A DNA stretch of 64,000 bases, taken from Selaginella moellendorffii (taxonomy: Eukaryota > Plantae > Lycopodiophyta). The stretch spans positions 506,731 through 570,730 of the forward strand of contig NW_003314358.1 in the NCBI RefSeq assembly GCF_000143415.4. Direction: 5' to 3'. The notes below the pieces were generated by a model. The model searched no databases. It was not told where the DNA came from and saw only the letters and a program-made list of their open reading frames with translations. Position 1 is the first letter of the stretch. Each line of letters begins with the position of its first letter. Made by a program: the position numbers and the translations under genes. This document shows, piece after piece, positions 26,435 to 38,868 of this stretch.

Positions 26435-27583
26435 TGTCGTGAATGTAACTTTAGGTATTGAAAGTTACCTATCGGCTAGTCCTTACGAACACTCTTTCCT
26501 TACTGCCACGATGGCAGGAGGTCAGTATTGCTAGACCCTTTATTAGTCCCTTTTGTTCAAGTGTTAGTAAACTGGACTTTGCATCTGTACTTGGCCGAAT
26601 GAGCATAGAGAAGAAATTCCTAAGTGTCTATTTAGCCAAACATACTTGGTCTGGCTTGTTAGTTCTCTTTTGCTTTGTCTTGCATTAGCTTAATAAGAAC
26701 CCTCGCATATTGAGACTAGTCCCTCAATATCGCTGGATGATAGCTTACTGTGTTTGCCAAACACCCTCGCTATCATACCCATTGTGTTAGTCTCATTTCA
26801 ATCCCAAATGCTATTTATAAAAAGTGTCTAGATTTGCTCATTTGGCATATCTATGGAATGTAGAGATTGTTTTGAACACAATGGTGTTCGTCCCATGTCC
26901 AGATTCGCAATCTAGTGCCATTCCATATCTAGTAAGTTTCAAGTTTGTCCCAGAGACTAACTCCTGATACTAAGGGAGGCTTGGGGTGAAAGCCCAAAGC
27001 GTGTGTTCCTCAAGAGGAAGGGGGGGACTGTGGGGGGTTCCAAATGTATAGTAGGGATAGTGGGTAGGTTGGGCATGGCCGACTAACCTGAGGCATAGTC
27101 TAGTTTGCGCTTGCGTGCCTGTCCTTGTTCTGCATCCGGCTTGGGTCTAAGCCCAAGTTCCATTCCATGCTAGCTGGTGGAGTACCCATGTCTTTGCGTT
27201 AGGCCATCAGTATGCCCAAATAACACCAGACTCAGTTTGGCTCCATTTTGCGTGCTGGTCATGACGTTGGGATGCTAGTTGCTCTAGAATTGTTCCAAGT
27301 CGCTCTGGGCTCCTGTCCCTTCGTTCTTTGGGTTATATGCTCAGGAGTCATTCCATGCTTTAGTGCTAATACTCCTTGGCTCCATGCTTGGGAGTTTGGC
27401 ACTGTTCCTTCATTCAGTGGCCCAAGGCCTTAAACTTCGGGTTCCGCACCACTGTCCTTTGGACACATGGTATATGATACGTGGCATGTATCACGTGGCA
27501 TAAAGAGGGTTAAGGTTTTGCTTTGTGGTGTTATCCTATGGTAAATCACTATAGGATAAAGGGTCAAAACCACATGTGCTACA
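26435..27583 (+). mobile_element. Solo LTR, family B, nested in a C LTR
   Basis: TGTCG...CTACA termini. TSD ATATT at 26,430-26,434 and 27,584-27,588. The empty site is present in the paralogous LTR at 13,649-13,653. Confidence 0.93.
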
Positions 27584-28909
27584 ATATTAGTATTCGGACT
27601 TAGATTCAGACTCCTACTTAGTCTCAGTCTTGCTTTCGGACTCGGACTCAGTCTCGGTCTCAGTCTCGGTCTTGGTCTCGGTCTTGGTCCCGGTTCCATC
27701 TTCGACTCCATCTCGAACTCCATCTCGAGTCCATCTCAGACTCCTTCTTAGGTCCATCTCAAACTCCATCTTGGGTCCATCTCAGACTCCATTTTGGGTC
27801 CATCTCGGACTCCATCTTGGGTCCATCTCAGACTCCATCTCAGGTCCATCTCAGACTCCATCTCGGGTCCATCTCGGACTCCATATTGGGTCCATCTCGA
27901 ACTCCATCTCGGGTCATTTCGGACTCCATCTCGGACTCCTTCTCAGATCCATCTCGAACTCTATCTCAAACTCCATCTCAGACTCCTTCTCGAATCCATC
28001 TCGAACTCCATTTCAGACTTTTCCACATGTCATGTGTTGGTCCTCTTGTGTCCCTTTTCTAAAGACTCACTTAGTGCTCGCTTCATGCTCATTCCTCAAG
28101 CCCTTTATTAGGAGTTCCACTCTTGCTTTCGACTTTTGGAGTCGAAGCTTTTAGTCCAAATGTGTTCCGCTCATTTGGCTTTTGCCTCAGCCACTACCAT
28201 GTGGCATCCTTTTGGCTCCCTTTAGGGCCTAGTTATTTTGTGTCTCATAGAAAAAGGTTAAATAAATCCCTTGGGGGATAAGTAGCTTATGTTGTGATAT
28301 AGTGGATTAATGTTGTAAAAGAAAATGCTCATTGTTAAAGAAGGCCATTATAGGGACACCAAAGCACTCTAAAACACCCAAGAAGTGATGTTTAGTATCA
28401 TGAAGGCATTGAATAAAGCCTAAAAGATTAAGTCCCTAGTGAAAAAAAATGGGTAAGAAGTGCTATCTAACGTCCAAAGTTGCAAAGACAGAAGAAATTT
28501 GTCTATCTTAATTGGATGAAAGCAAAAAGGATTTAGCAAAGCTAGTGACAGGCATACAAAGGCCTATGAGTAATAACATTAATTCTAATGTGTGGATTAC
28601 AATATCTAGATTGAAGAACCACTCTTTAAACTATCGAGTAGATTCATCCTTAAAATACTTATTAAAATATGAGAAAAAGTGCAAAGTTATCCTTCTAGCA
28701 TGGAGGAAGAATAACTAAAGGGAAAATGTAAGGCTAAAAACAAATAATAAAAGGATACAACTAAACTATAAGAATAAAAGGATATAGCCAAGGGTGGTTA
28801 TGTAAGTTGGGAATGAAAAATTAAGTGCGTGCTCAAACGTGTTGCTACTAGCAACTGTGGGGCCATGAAGAGTTTAAAACATAGAATTGCCCATATTAGA
28901 CTGTATAAC

Positions 28910-31900
28910 TGTCGCGAATGTGACTTCAGGTATCGAAAGTTACCTGTCGGTTAGTCCTTACGGACACTCTTACCTTACTGCCACGATGGCAGGAGGTCGG
29001 TATTGCTGGTTCCCTTTATTAGCCCCTCTTGTTCAAGTGTTAGTAAACTGGACTTTGCATCTGTACTTGGCCGGATGAGCATAAGGACGGAATTCCTAAG
29101 TGTCTATTTTGCCAAGCATACTTGGCCCGGCTTTTTAGTTCTCTTTTGCTCTGTCTTGCACTGGTTTGACAAGAACCCTCGCGTATTGAGATTGGTCCCT
29201 CAATATCGCTACATGATAGCTTACCGTGTCTGCCAAACACCCTCGCTATCATGCCCTTTGTGTTAGTCTCATTTCGGTCCTAAATGCTATTTATGGAAAG
29301 TGTCCAGATTTGCTCATTTGGCATATCTACGGAATGTAAAGATCGTCCTGAACACAATGGTGTTCGTCCCGTGTCCAAATTCGCAATCTAGGGACATTCC
29401 ATATTTAGTAAGTTTCGAGCTTGTCCCAGAGACTAACTCCTGATACTAAGGGAGGCTTGGGGTGAAAGCCCAAAGCGTGTGTTCCTCAAGGGGGGGGAGC
29501 TATGGGGGGTTCCAAATGTATAGTAGGGATAGTGGGTAGGTCGGGCATGGCCGACCAACCTGAGGCATAGTCTAGCTCCCGCTTGCGTGCCTGTCCTTGT
29601 TCTACGTCCGGCTTGGGTCTAAGCCCAAGTTCCATTCCATGCTAGTTGGTGGAGTACCCATATCCTCGCGTTAGGCCACCGGTATGCCGAAATAGCGCCA
29701 GACTCCGTTAGGCTCCGTTTTGCGTGCTGGTCCTGGCATTGGGATGCTGGTTGCTCCAGGACTGTTCCAAGTCGCTCCGGGCTCCTGTCCCTTCGCTCCT
29801 TGGGCTTTATGCTCGGGAGTTGCTCCGTGGTTCGGTTCCATCACTCCTTGGCTCCATGCTTGGGAGTTTGGCATCGTTCCTTCGTTCAGTGGCCCAAGGC
29901 CCTGAACCGCGGGTTCCTGTGGACACGTGGCATGGACACGTGGCATGTGACACGTGGCATCTGTCACGTGGCACAAAGAGGGTTTAGGTTCTGCTTCGTG
30001 GTGTTATCCTATGGTAAATCACCATAGGATAAAGGGTCAAAACCACGTGCACTACATTTGGTATCAGAGGATGAGTCTCAGCAAGTACTATTCAATGAGA
30101 TTGGGCAACTAGTCTCGTTGCATACGCAGAGATGAAAACGATGATCCGAGTGGGTACACGTTTGGTGCAAAGGGTTCGCAATTGTTCCTTGGGTATGGAT
30201 TTGGTTACCTTGTTGTACCTTATGATGTGAGCTTACTCTTGGGCTCATAGGATGGATTTGAGATGCTCCGTTAACACGAGTTTATGCTTGGCTCGTGAGT
30301 GAGGCACGGCACATTAGCAACTCAAGGTTACACTTTGAGTTGGCAGGATTAATGTTAGCCTATCGGTGGTTCCATGAGTTGTTCCATGTACCGTGGGTAA
30401 AAGCAAACTTTCCCTGGGTTTGCTATAAGTAGCGAATAGGCTGGTCCGTAGCTGTTTAGCACGGCACTAGTAGATTTTTCCTAGGCATGATTACAAGTGG
30501 ATCAACTAAGACTATAGGGATTAGTCTACTGATTCAAGTAGTCATTGCCGTGCTCTCTCATAAACTTTTCTTGGACTGGACTGAAGGCAGTGCAAACGCA
30601 AGCTTGAGGTGTAGTCAAAGATGAGACCGAAAAGAGAGTCGTCGGGGACGAAGGATCAAACACGTAAATCATCTTCTCTTTTGGAGAGATGATTTGCAAC
30701 GAGGTGTGACTCATTACTCGTGTTCACATTATGCAATCAAGAGTCCCTATCTTGATGCATGTTGGAGGTGATGGTCTTTCAAATGGTGAGTTGTGGGATG
30801 GATAGCGGTGAAACGTTATACCATTTTGTCTAGGCTTGCTATGGAAGACTAGGGTTGCAATGCTCAATTCTTTTCCTAGGAACCTTGCTATTGCTCCTTG
30901 AGTAGCTTGGTGTTGGATTAGTGTTGAGTTTGGTCAAAAAGAGAATGGCATGAGTTTGTCCTTGTTGTGAACAAAAGTTAGTGGTGCTGAGTGTTGTAAA
31001 TCTCTATCGGTGGAGTGTAGCATTTATGTTGCATTTTGTCAAATCGAGTTTGCACTTGATGCTCACATAAACCTTTGAAGTAATGACATAGACATTACTC
31101 GTGGTGTTGCTCAATTGATGATCAAATCATTGTGATTTCCATATCATATCCATGTGATAATGAGCAATGTGTTTACGAAGTTGCTTGGTTAAACGATGAT
31201 CAACCCCAAAGTGGTTGATAGAGAAGCTAGTCTACTTGCACGAAGTAGCATTGTAGTAGCTTTGACTGGATTCTCAATAGTGGTCCATTATGCTAAGTTT
31301 AAGTTAGTTCCTTGTTCCTTGAGGATTTGCCCGTAAGGTGTTGGAAAAGGGTTGTAGCATTCATTTGTTATGGCTTGTTGGTTTATCCGTTAACACTTGG
31401 AGTAGATTGTTGGATGGAAAAGGTGTGTAGTTAAAGCATTGATATCGCTAACACTTGTGTTAGTGGAAGTGGCATTGTTGATTCAAGTGATGAGGAATTT
31501 TCCTTAGAGCTTGATTTTCCATGTCATTTTTCTTGTTAGTGTTTTGGCTTCACATTGGATCTTGAAAATGGTTGAAAAAGAGTGTTAGTGCAATGTGGAT
31601 ATCCGAAGATATGGTCTCCATGATCAAGCTTTAGATGTTCATTTTGCATTCTGCGGACGTCGGTGTTGGATGTTGAAAGAATGGGCAAAAAGATGTTCGA
31701 AGCTTAAGCATATTATGGGTCATGAGAATTTATGTTGAGGTGAACTTATGTGAAGTTGTTCGTAGGAGGAAGTTGGTTGAGTCTTGGAAGTTTGTATTTC
31801 TAGACTAAGAGTCATTCTTTCTCTAGGATGGAAATTTTTCCACAAATTTTCTTAGGCTTTTCCAATGGCTGATCTATTGATCATTTTGCCGAAAACCATT

Positions 31901-34900
31901 CCGTTTTCGTAAGCCAGTACAAACTAGTGAAGGGGTTGGACTTGACAACGGTTGGCTTAGATCTTAGTAGGTAGTTTGTATGATGCAGCCCGAAAGGGAT
32001 GCTAACTTTCGGGGCTAAGGCAATTGAGTTGGATAGAGTCTGGAGTTGGTGTAGAAAAGTGGCCGTTGCGCTTTTCTAGAAAGGTGACCCTTGTGCCTTT
32101 CTTCTGTAACGTTATGCTTGGTGGCAAGTTACACCTTGCATTTCGCTAAGACTCTATGAGAGTAGTGAGCTCTCACTGATCTTGATTTGGTCTTGATGGC
32201 TTTGCGCCTTGGCTGAGGATAGTGATGTCCAACTTAGTTGTTTGCAGTTGAGATGTTGGTACCCGTACTATAGCTTTGTCTATGAGGAGGTTGTGTACCG
32301 ATATGAGTTCATCTTGTGGTCTTCACTTTAGTTTCGACTAAGTGTTGATTACGTATAGCTAGCCTCTTCAAGGCATGCTCAGAGCTAGTGGCTAAATGCA
32401 TTGGTGAGCTTATTGCAGTTGAGTTGGATTCGAGTGGTCATTTAGTTCGTGCTTGTCCATGAACCTTTATCTCGTACCTAGGGTATTACGTTCATGTTGG
32501 ACAAGTGTGTAACTCAATGGCATGAGTTAGTGTTTATGTCTTGTGAAAGGCAAGACAAGTGATTGTTAGTTGCTTTGCAACTAGTGATTGCTTGTAGACT
32601 TTGTCAAGGGCTTTTGACACTTGCTTCACTCGATGATGATTTAGCAGTGATGGGCTTGCTTTACCGAATGGGGGTTGCGGAGGATCGTGTCGTTAGACTT
32701 AAATGGGTTTTCCATGTTGGCATGTCGACTCTACCTCTGTTGATATCATTTGGTTGCATTTAGTTCATAGTGTTGGATTTCATTGAGTCTTGGACGTGGT
32801 GATTCACTCCTTGAGAAAATGTTATCTGTAACTGAGTTTTGCTAAAGGATTGGTCTTGGATACTAACTAAAGTATCTTCGACCTTGGTTAGCTTGGTTGC
32901 TAGAGAGTTTTGAGTGGTGATACACTCGTGCTTTCTTTAAGCTTTGTTCTAGTGTTGATGGCATTGAAGTGATGCCTTTTCATTGACATTGTTGAAGTTG
33001 ATATTCAAGTGAAATGAGATATCTCTCCATAGGATTGATATTGAGTGTCATTAGTCTCGATGAAAATAGTGTTGATGATTTGGCTATAACTTTGTGTTAT
33101 TGGCATTCGTGCATTTGCTCGTTAGCAACTGTCTTGACGTTCATATGAACTGAGTGGCAAGTTTGAGTTAGTTGTGTCCAGACGAGATTATTTAGTAAGG
33201 TTGAGCTTTGGCTTTTCCTTGAAAAGTGATTCAGTCGTGGACTATACTAACTCTACAAGCAGAAGAGTTAGTGATTGATATTGGAATGTTTGAATCCTTA
33301 TTGGGTTTGAGTTGGAATATATCGATCATTGATGATTCTTCTTGTGCTTGTTATGAAGTGAGTTACGTCTTGTTATAGATGGATTCATGGAGGATCGTTT
33401 GGTGATCACTTGTTGAGCATAGCTTTGTTATGCTTAGCTTTTGGATTGATGCAGATATGCTCTTCATTAGCTTTGGCATTATGAAGTTTAGCTTATGGAT
33501 GTGTTGAGGAAGATATTGTGGGTTGCACCATAATTTCTTCTTTAGCATTGAAATTAGTTCATGCAAGACTTGTGATTGTTGTTAGGCAAGACTTAGCTAT
33601 AGACTTCTTCGAGCTTTTGGTTCTTTGAGTTTTATGCTCATTGTTCCATTTGTTAGACGTTGTTGGGGAAGGCATTTTGGCTCATTAGCTTCAATGTTGA
33701 AGTTGGCTTTTGCGTCTAGCAATCATTGGTGATGATTGACTATCATCTGGGATAGTTGATTATCCTTGTCAAAAGGGTGTTGCTTGATTGTTGTTCATAT
33801 AGAATGAGTTGCCATTCTTCAGGATGGTGGATTTCTTCTTTGACAATGATTATGCATCACTGCATTGATCGGATGATTCATGATCTTTCATGATGGTTAG
33901 TTGTTCTCTTTGATGGCTTCTGGCTTTTCGCAATACCACATGTTCTTTGTGGTTTGTTCTGGATTGGTCTCTTGGGTTTGAAACATCAGTAGGATGTTGT
34001 TGACACTTGCTTAGGCAACTTGAGTTCCTTGGTATTATTGGCTGGGATCTATTCAGATTGGCTAGTGTGATAGTTGGCATGAATGGGTGTTTGTTAGTCT
34101 TACCGCATTCATTCTGTTCTGTTGATTATTGCTCGAGTTAGTTTTGATAGATTCGGATGTTATTTCCTTTGGGTGATACATTCGCGAGCATTTTGCTTGC
34201 TTGTCGATGATACTTGGTGTTCTATGAGTTCCCTTTGCTAAGTTGTTGGCCTACTGTCTACTATCTTCGGTAGTTAAGTTTTATCATTAAGTTTCCTTGA
34301 TGATATACTTGCTATTGGATTTTATGGGATGGTGAATCCTATGTTTACCAATTCTGATGATCTTGGTGGTTCCTATACTCTACAATATTAGTTTATCGGA
34401 TGATAACTTACTTGGAATACTTTTGTGTTCTAATCTAAGATATATTCACTGATAATTAAGTCTCTAAGATATCATTGTCTATGACTTTGATATTGTCCAT
34501 TTATTGATCTTTGAGTTTGGGCCAGTAATAGGCAGACTAGCTTCGGCACTTCGTGTGCATGTTGAAATCTCTAGTCATGGGGTAGCTACTGTAGACTGGT
34601 CACATAACCCGCCTCTCTGTCGATGTTCCTTATTCCGTTGAAAGGGCGTGACTGTGTAAACAACTCTAACTGCCTGTTTACAGTAGTCTATCTAAACCTT
34701 ACCGACGGGTTTGGTTTCTTTGCTCAGGAGGGTTGGGGCCTCTAGCTTCTCTCTCTATGTCCTTGCGGGCAAGGGCGTATCACACTTTTGTAAGCTGGGT
34801 GACTCCCAGAGCAGCAAGGGTGGCTAACTCCGTTGGTCATTTCTTTGTCGGCGACGGCCGGAAGGTGTCTGAGCTGGTAGCGCATCCGCGTTAGACAAAG

Positions 34901-36190
34901 AGGTTGCCCCCTAACTCATTTAAGTTGGTGCATTTCTCACATAGTGTGAATACTGTGAACTTTTTCTGGAGTTGTTTCCTTGGCGGTATTCTAGACTCGA
35001 GTGTGCATCGACGAGGACGTCGATCTTCCCTAGGGGGGGAGAGTGTCGCGAATGTGACTTCAGGTATCGAAAGTTACCTGTTGGCTAGTCCTTACGGACA
35101 CTCTTACCTTACTGCCACGATGGCAGGAGGTCGGTATTGCTGGTTCCCTTTATTAGCCCCTCTTGTTCAAGTGTTAGTAAACTGGACTTTGCATCTGTAC
35201 TTGGCCGGATGAGCATAAGGACGGAATTCCTAAGTGTCTATTTTGCCAAGCATACTTGGCCCGGCTTTTTAGTTCTCTTTTGCTCTGTCTTGCACTGGCT
35301 TGACAAGAACCCTCGCGTATTGAGATTGGTCCCTCAATATCGCTACATGATAGCTTACCGTGTCTGCCAAACACCCTCGCTATCATGCCCTTTGTGTTAG
35401 TCTCATTTCGGTCCTAAATGCTATTTATAGAAAGTGTCCAGATTTGCTCATTTGGCATATCTACGGAATGTAGAGATCGGCCTGAACACAATGGTGTTCG
35501 TCCCGTGTCCAAATTCGCAATCTAGGGACATTCCATATTTAGTAAGTTTTGAGCTTGTCCCAGAGACTAACTCCTAATACTAAGGGAGGCTTGGGGTGAA
35601 AGCCCAAAGCGTGTGTTCCTCAAGGGGGGGGAGCTATGGGGGGTTCCAAATGTATAGTAGGGATAGTGGGTAGGTCGGGCATGGCCGACCAACCTGAGGC
35701 ATAGTCTAGCTCCCGCTTGCGTGCCTGTCCTTGTTCTGCGTCCGGCTTGGGTCTAAGCCCAAGTTCCATTCCATGCTAGTTGGTGGAGTACCCATATCCT
35801 CGCGTTAGGCCACCGGTATGCCGAAATAGCGCCAGACTCCGTTAGGCTCCGTTTTGCGTGCTGGTCCTGGCATTGGGATGCTGGTTGTTCCAGGACTGTT
35901 CCAAGTCGCTCCGGGCTCCTGTCCCTTCGCTCCTTGGGCTTTATGCTCGGGAGTTGCTCCGTGGTTCGGTTCCATCACTCCTTGGCTCCATGCTTGGGAG
36001 TTTGGCATCGTTCCTTCGTTCAGTGGCCCAAGGCCCTGAACCGCGGGTTCCTGTGGACACGTGGCATGGACACGTGGCATGTGACACGTGGCATCTGTCA
36101 CGTGGCACAAAGAGGGTTTAGGTTCTGCTTCGTGGTGTTATCCTATGGTAAATCACCATAGGATAAAGGGTCAAAACCACGTGCGCTACA
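28910..36190 (+). mobile_element. Full-length non-autonomous (LARD-like) family B LTR retrotransposon; 1,147-bp LTRs 28,910-30,056 and 35,044-36,190
   Basis: TSD ATAAC at 28,905-28,909 and 36,191-36,195. PBS TGGTATCAGAG at 30,059. PPT AGGGGGGGAGAG. About 11 mismatches between LTRs counted by eye. The 5-kb internal region has no ORF over ~100 aa. Confidence 0.95.
29921..29974 (+). promoter_or_regulatory. Four tandem G-box/ABRE-type motifs (CACGTGGCA) in family B LTR
   Basis: GGACACGTGGCATGGACACGTGGCATGTGACACGTGGCATCTGTCACGTGGCAC. Repeated at 36,055-36,108. Function not shown. Confidence 0.55.
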
Positions 36191-38137
36191 ATAACAATTA
36201 AAAAACTTGTGAAAAGAAAAGTTTTTGCAAGTTAAGAGACAAAAATCTCTTCAAGATTCCCAAAGAAAATTTTGGGTAGGTTAATACTTAGAAAGACAAG
36301 TGTGAATGGTTTATAAGAATATATAAAATCAGAGTGGCACAATAGAAGCGTGGTCTTGAAGCTTGCCATGATGCAAGGCTATTAGGTTGGAGAACTAACT
36401 CCCAAATGTTCAAAGAAATGGCTTTAAACGAAAGTTGATGTTTAAGGATTTTCATGCTTATGTATAGAACCATGTTATGCTGATCAGATGACTTGCTAAG
36501 TGAGATTAACAAGTTGAAGGAACAAAGACCCTAGTTGAAGGTGTTGATTTCAAAAGGGGTGGCCCATGGAGCCAAGTATGGAAGAGTCCATGTATGATCA
36601 CAAACTTAACAAGTGAGAGAACTTAAAAGTTTGAAAAAACTAGGTTTTTAAATTGTGATATATAGCTTGTTTTGGGTATAAGTTGGTACTTGGTGTGAGG
36701 AGTCACACTAGGCATCTTAAGTGATGTCCGTAGATGCATATGTGGAAGTTGGGTTTGAGTCCACACTCTCTAGTGCTTGGGTTTAAATCTTAACTCACTA
36801 AGGCGTAGTGATAATTTGGAATATGAGGATACTCATTTTTTGGTGGTCATGAACTCTCAGTAAGGAGGCATACTTAGGCACACCACTAAGTGTGGGAGAT
36901 GGTCATGGTTAACTACTTAAAGGTTAGTATCTATTACCAAACCTGTTAAAGTGTTAAGGTGAGATCATTAGGTGATCTTACGGCTAAACAAAGATAAATT
37001 CCTTGCTAAATTAAAGAATTAAAGTTCTTGGTTTAAAGTGTTGATTTGAACTATTAGTAATGGTGTGACTAGATCATGGTAACCAAGTGGGAAGGACATC
37101 TAAGGGAAATGAAATGTGTCAATATGGTAAATCCAAAAAAGTAGTCTCTAAGAAACACCCATAAGAGGGTCACAAAGTTGGGCTATGGATAGAGCCCACA
37201 ATAGAAAATGCTAAAAAGACTTACTAGAGGTGAACACCCTTTGGACTGAGCAAAACAAAGCCTTTATTAAAGAACCAAAAGGATACTTTAAAGATGGAGG
37301 TAGTAATTATATATTGCTTAGTGCAACAATCAAAGGATAGGAGAAAAAAACTAATGGCCAAAAATGGGCCATAGAAATCATTGGAAGGAATCCAAATAGC
37401 AAAGTTAGGCAAGGTGTTGGATACAAACAGATTGTGAGAAAGGAAATATATTTCCAAAAATGCTCCAATTTGGTGAAAGTGAAAGCTCTAAAGGAGGGAA
37501 CGGCAAGATAGCCAAATTATAAAGTTGTGGACAGCCTTAGCACAAATTGTGAATAAATAAAACTTAATGCCAAGAGTTGTATGAAATAGAAGAAAAGATG
37601 ATGGTGCCCTCAAATAAAGAACTTCCTAGGATGGGGAAGTGGAGTTTGCATAACATGTGTAATACAAGGTGTCAGAGACACCTAGAAAATTAGCTTGAGA
37701 AGTCAAAATTAAAGTTCTAAATAGTGACGGTTATATTGATAGAAGCTAAGATTACTCAAGAATGAGTAGTGGGATTGAGATAAAGAAGATGTCTCTATCA
37801 AATTTTTAAAAACTAAACAAATATAAGGGAAGAATTATTATATATGATCGAATGAGACTCTAAGTTGGTCAGACTATGTTCCTTAGAGGATGGGAAAAGT
37901 ATGGTGAGCCTTTAATGTCGAATTATTGACGAATATTGGCTTGGTGCTAAGGAAAATGGTAATCCATGATAGGGTTATTATCATTCGATGAAGACATCAA
38001 ACTTCATCTATGGGTGGTGGAATTGTGAGACACAAATCCTTTGTTAAGAATGAGAAGGAGTCCAAGAAAGAGCTCAAGATGGAGTCTGAAAAGGAATCCA
38101 AAATGGAGTTTGATATAGAATCCAAGATGGACCCAAG

Positions 38138-38868
38138 TGTAAGCTCCTGAATTTGGTCTTCCTAAGAGGTCACCCAACCTAGTACTATTCAAACCCAAGG
38201 ATGTTTAACCCTAAGTATCCCAAGACCAATTAAGATACTTAACTAATTGGAAAAAGGGGTGCACTTTTGTTTGTGGGCCCTTTCCCTTTATATTTGAACC
38301 TCATGAATAGTCTCTCAAATCATTCTCTTTAGTTGCTTATAATCCACTACACTTCCCTACAAGTTCACGCCCTCGTGAACGAAAGCTGAGAGCCGCAACT
38401 CTCCCAAGAGCCTCACTCTTTTGACACCCTACCCCTTGGGTCAAGCCCAATAGGAGTAAACTGGACCAAAGCTGAGAGCCGCAACTCTCCCAAGAGCCTC
38501 ACTCTTTTGACACCCTACCCCTTGGGTCAAGCCCAATAGGAGTAAACTGGACCAACCAGATGTCAATCAACATGTGGTATGATTCCCCTAGCCAACTAAC
38601 AAAGTCGGAGCCAAGACCCTTAACCAGCTAACAGAGTTAGACACAAGACTGCTCCGATACCAAATGTAAGCTCCGATACCAAATGTAATTTGGACTTCCC
38701 AGGAAGTCACCCGGCCTAGTACTATTCAAACCCAAGGACACTTAACCCCAAATATCCCAAAAACCTTAACCAATTGAAAAAGGGGGTGCACTCTTGTTCA
38801 TGGGCCCTTTCTTTTTATATTTGAACGCCATGGATCATTTCTCAAGTCACTCTCTTTAGTTGCTTACA
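38138..38868 (-). mobile_element. Cassandra-type TRIM with 5S rRNA-derived core in both LTRs (38,138-38,341; 38,665-38,868)
   Basis: Minus-strand LTR reads GTTAAGTGTCCTTGGGTTTGAATAGTACTAGGCCGGGTGACTTCCTGGGAAGTCC, matching the plant 5S A-box/IE/C-box region. iMet PBS at 38,651-38,662. ~320-bp non-coding interior. Flanks CCAAG/CTGAG can both derive from CCGAG by CpG decay. Confidence 0.88.
38381..38554. repeat. 87-bp perfect tandem duplication in the Cassandra internal domain
   Basis: AAAGCTGAGAGCCGCAAC...GTAAACTGGACC occurs twice in tandem. Confidence 0.9.

Larger units (their letters stand above)
15206..28249 (-). mobile_element. Second family C element, minus strand (5' LTR 25,438-28,249; 3' end of internal region missing)
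   Basis: PBS (revcomp AACTCCGATACCA) sits next to the LTR at 25,438. The internal region is the reverse complement of the plus-strand C internal sequence; for example 15,220-15,660 matches 37,120-37,560. Confidence 0.8.

Noticed and set aside
29430-29480. Possible hammerhead ribozyme (retrozyme) in the B LTR: CTGATA...GAAA with hairpins
   Set aside because: The required CUGANGA core is absent (CTGATAC), and the GAAA is a hairpin tetraloop rather than a junction strand.
38692-38748. 5S rRNA gene
   Set aside because: Only the ~55-nt internal promoter region is present, duplicated in two LTRs. This is Cassandra, not an rRNA gene.
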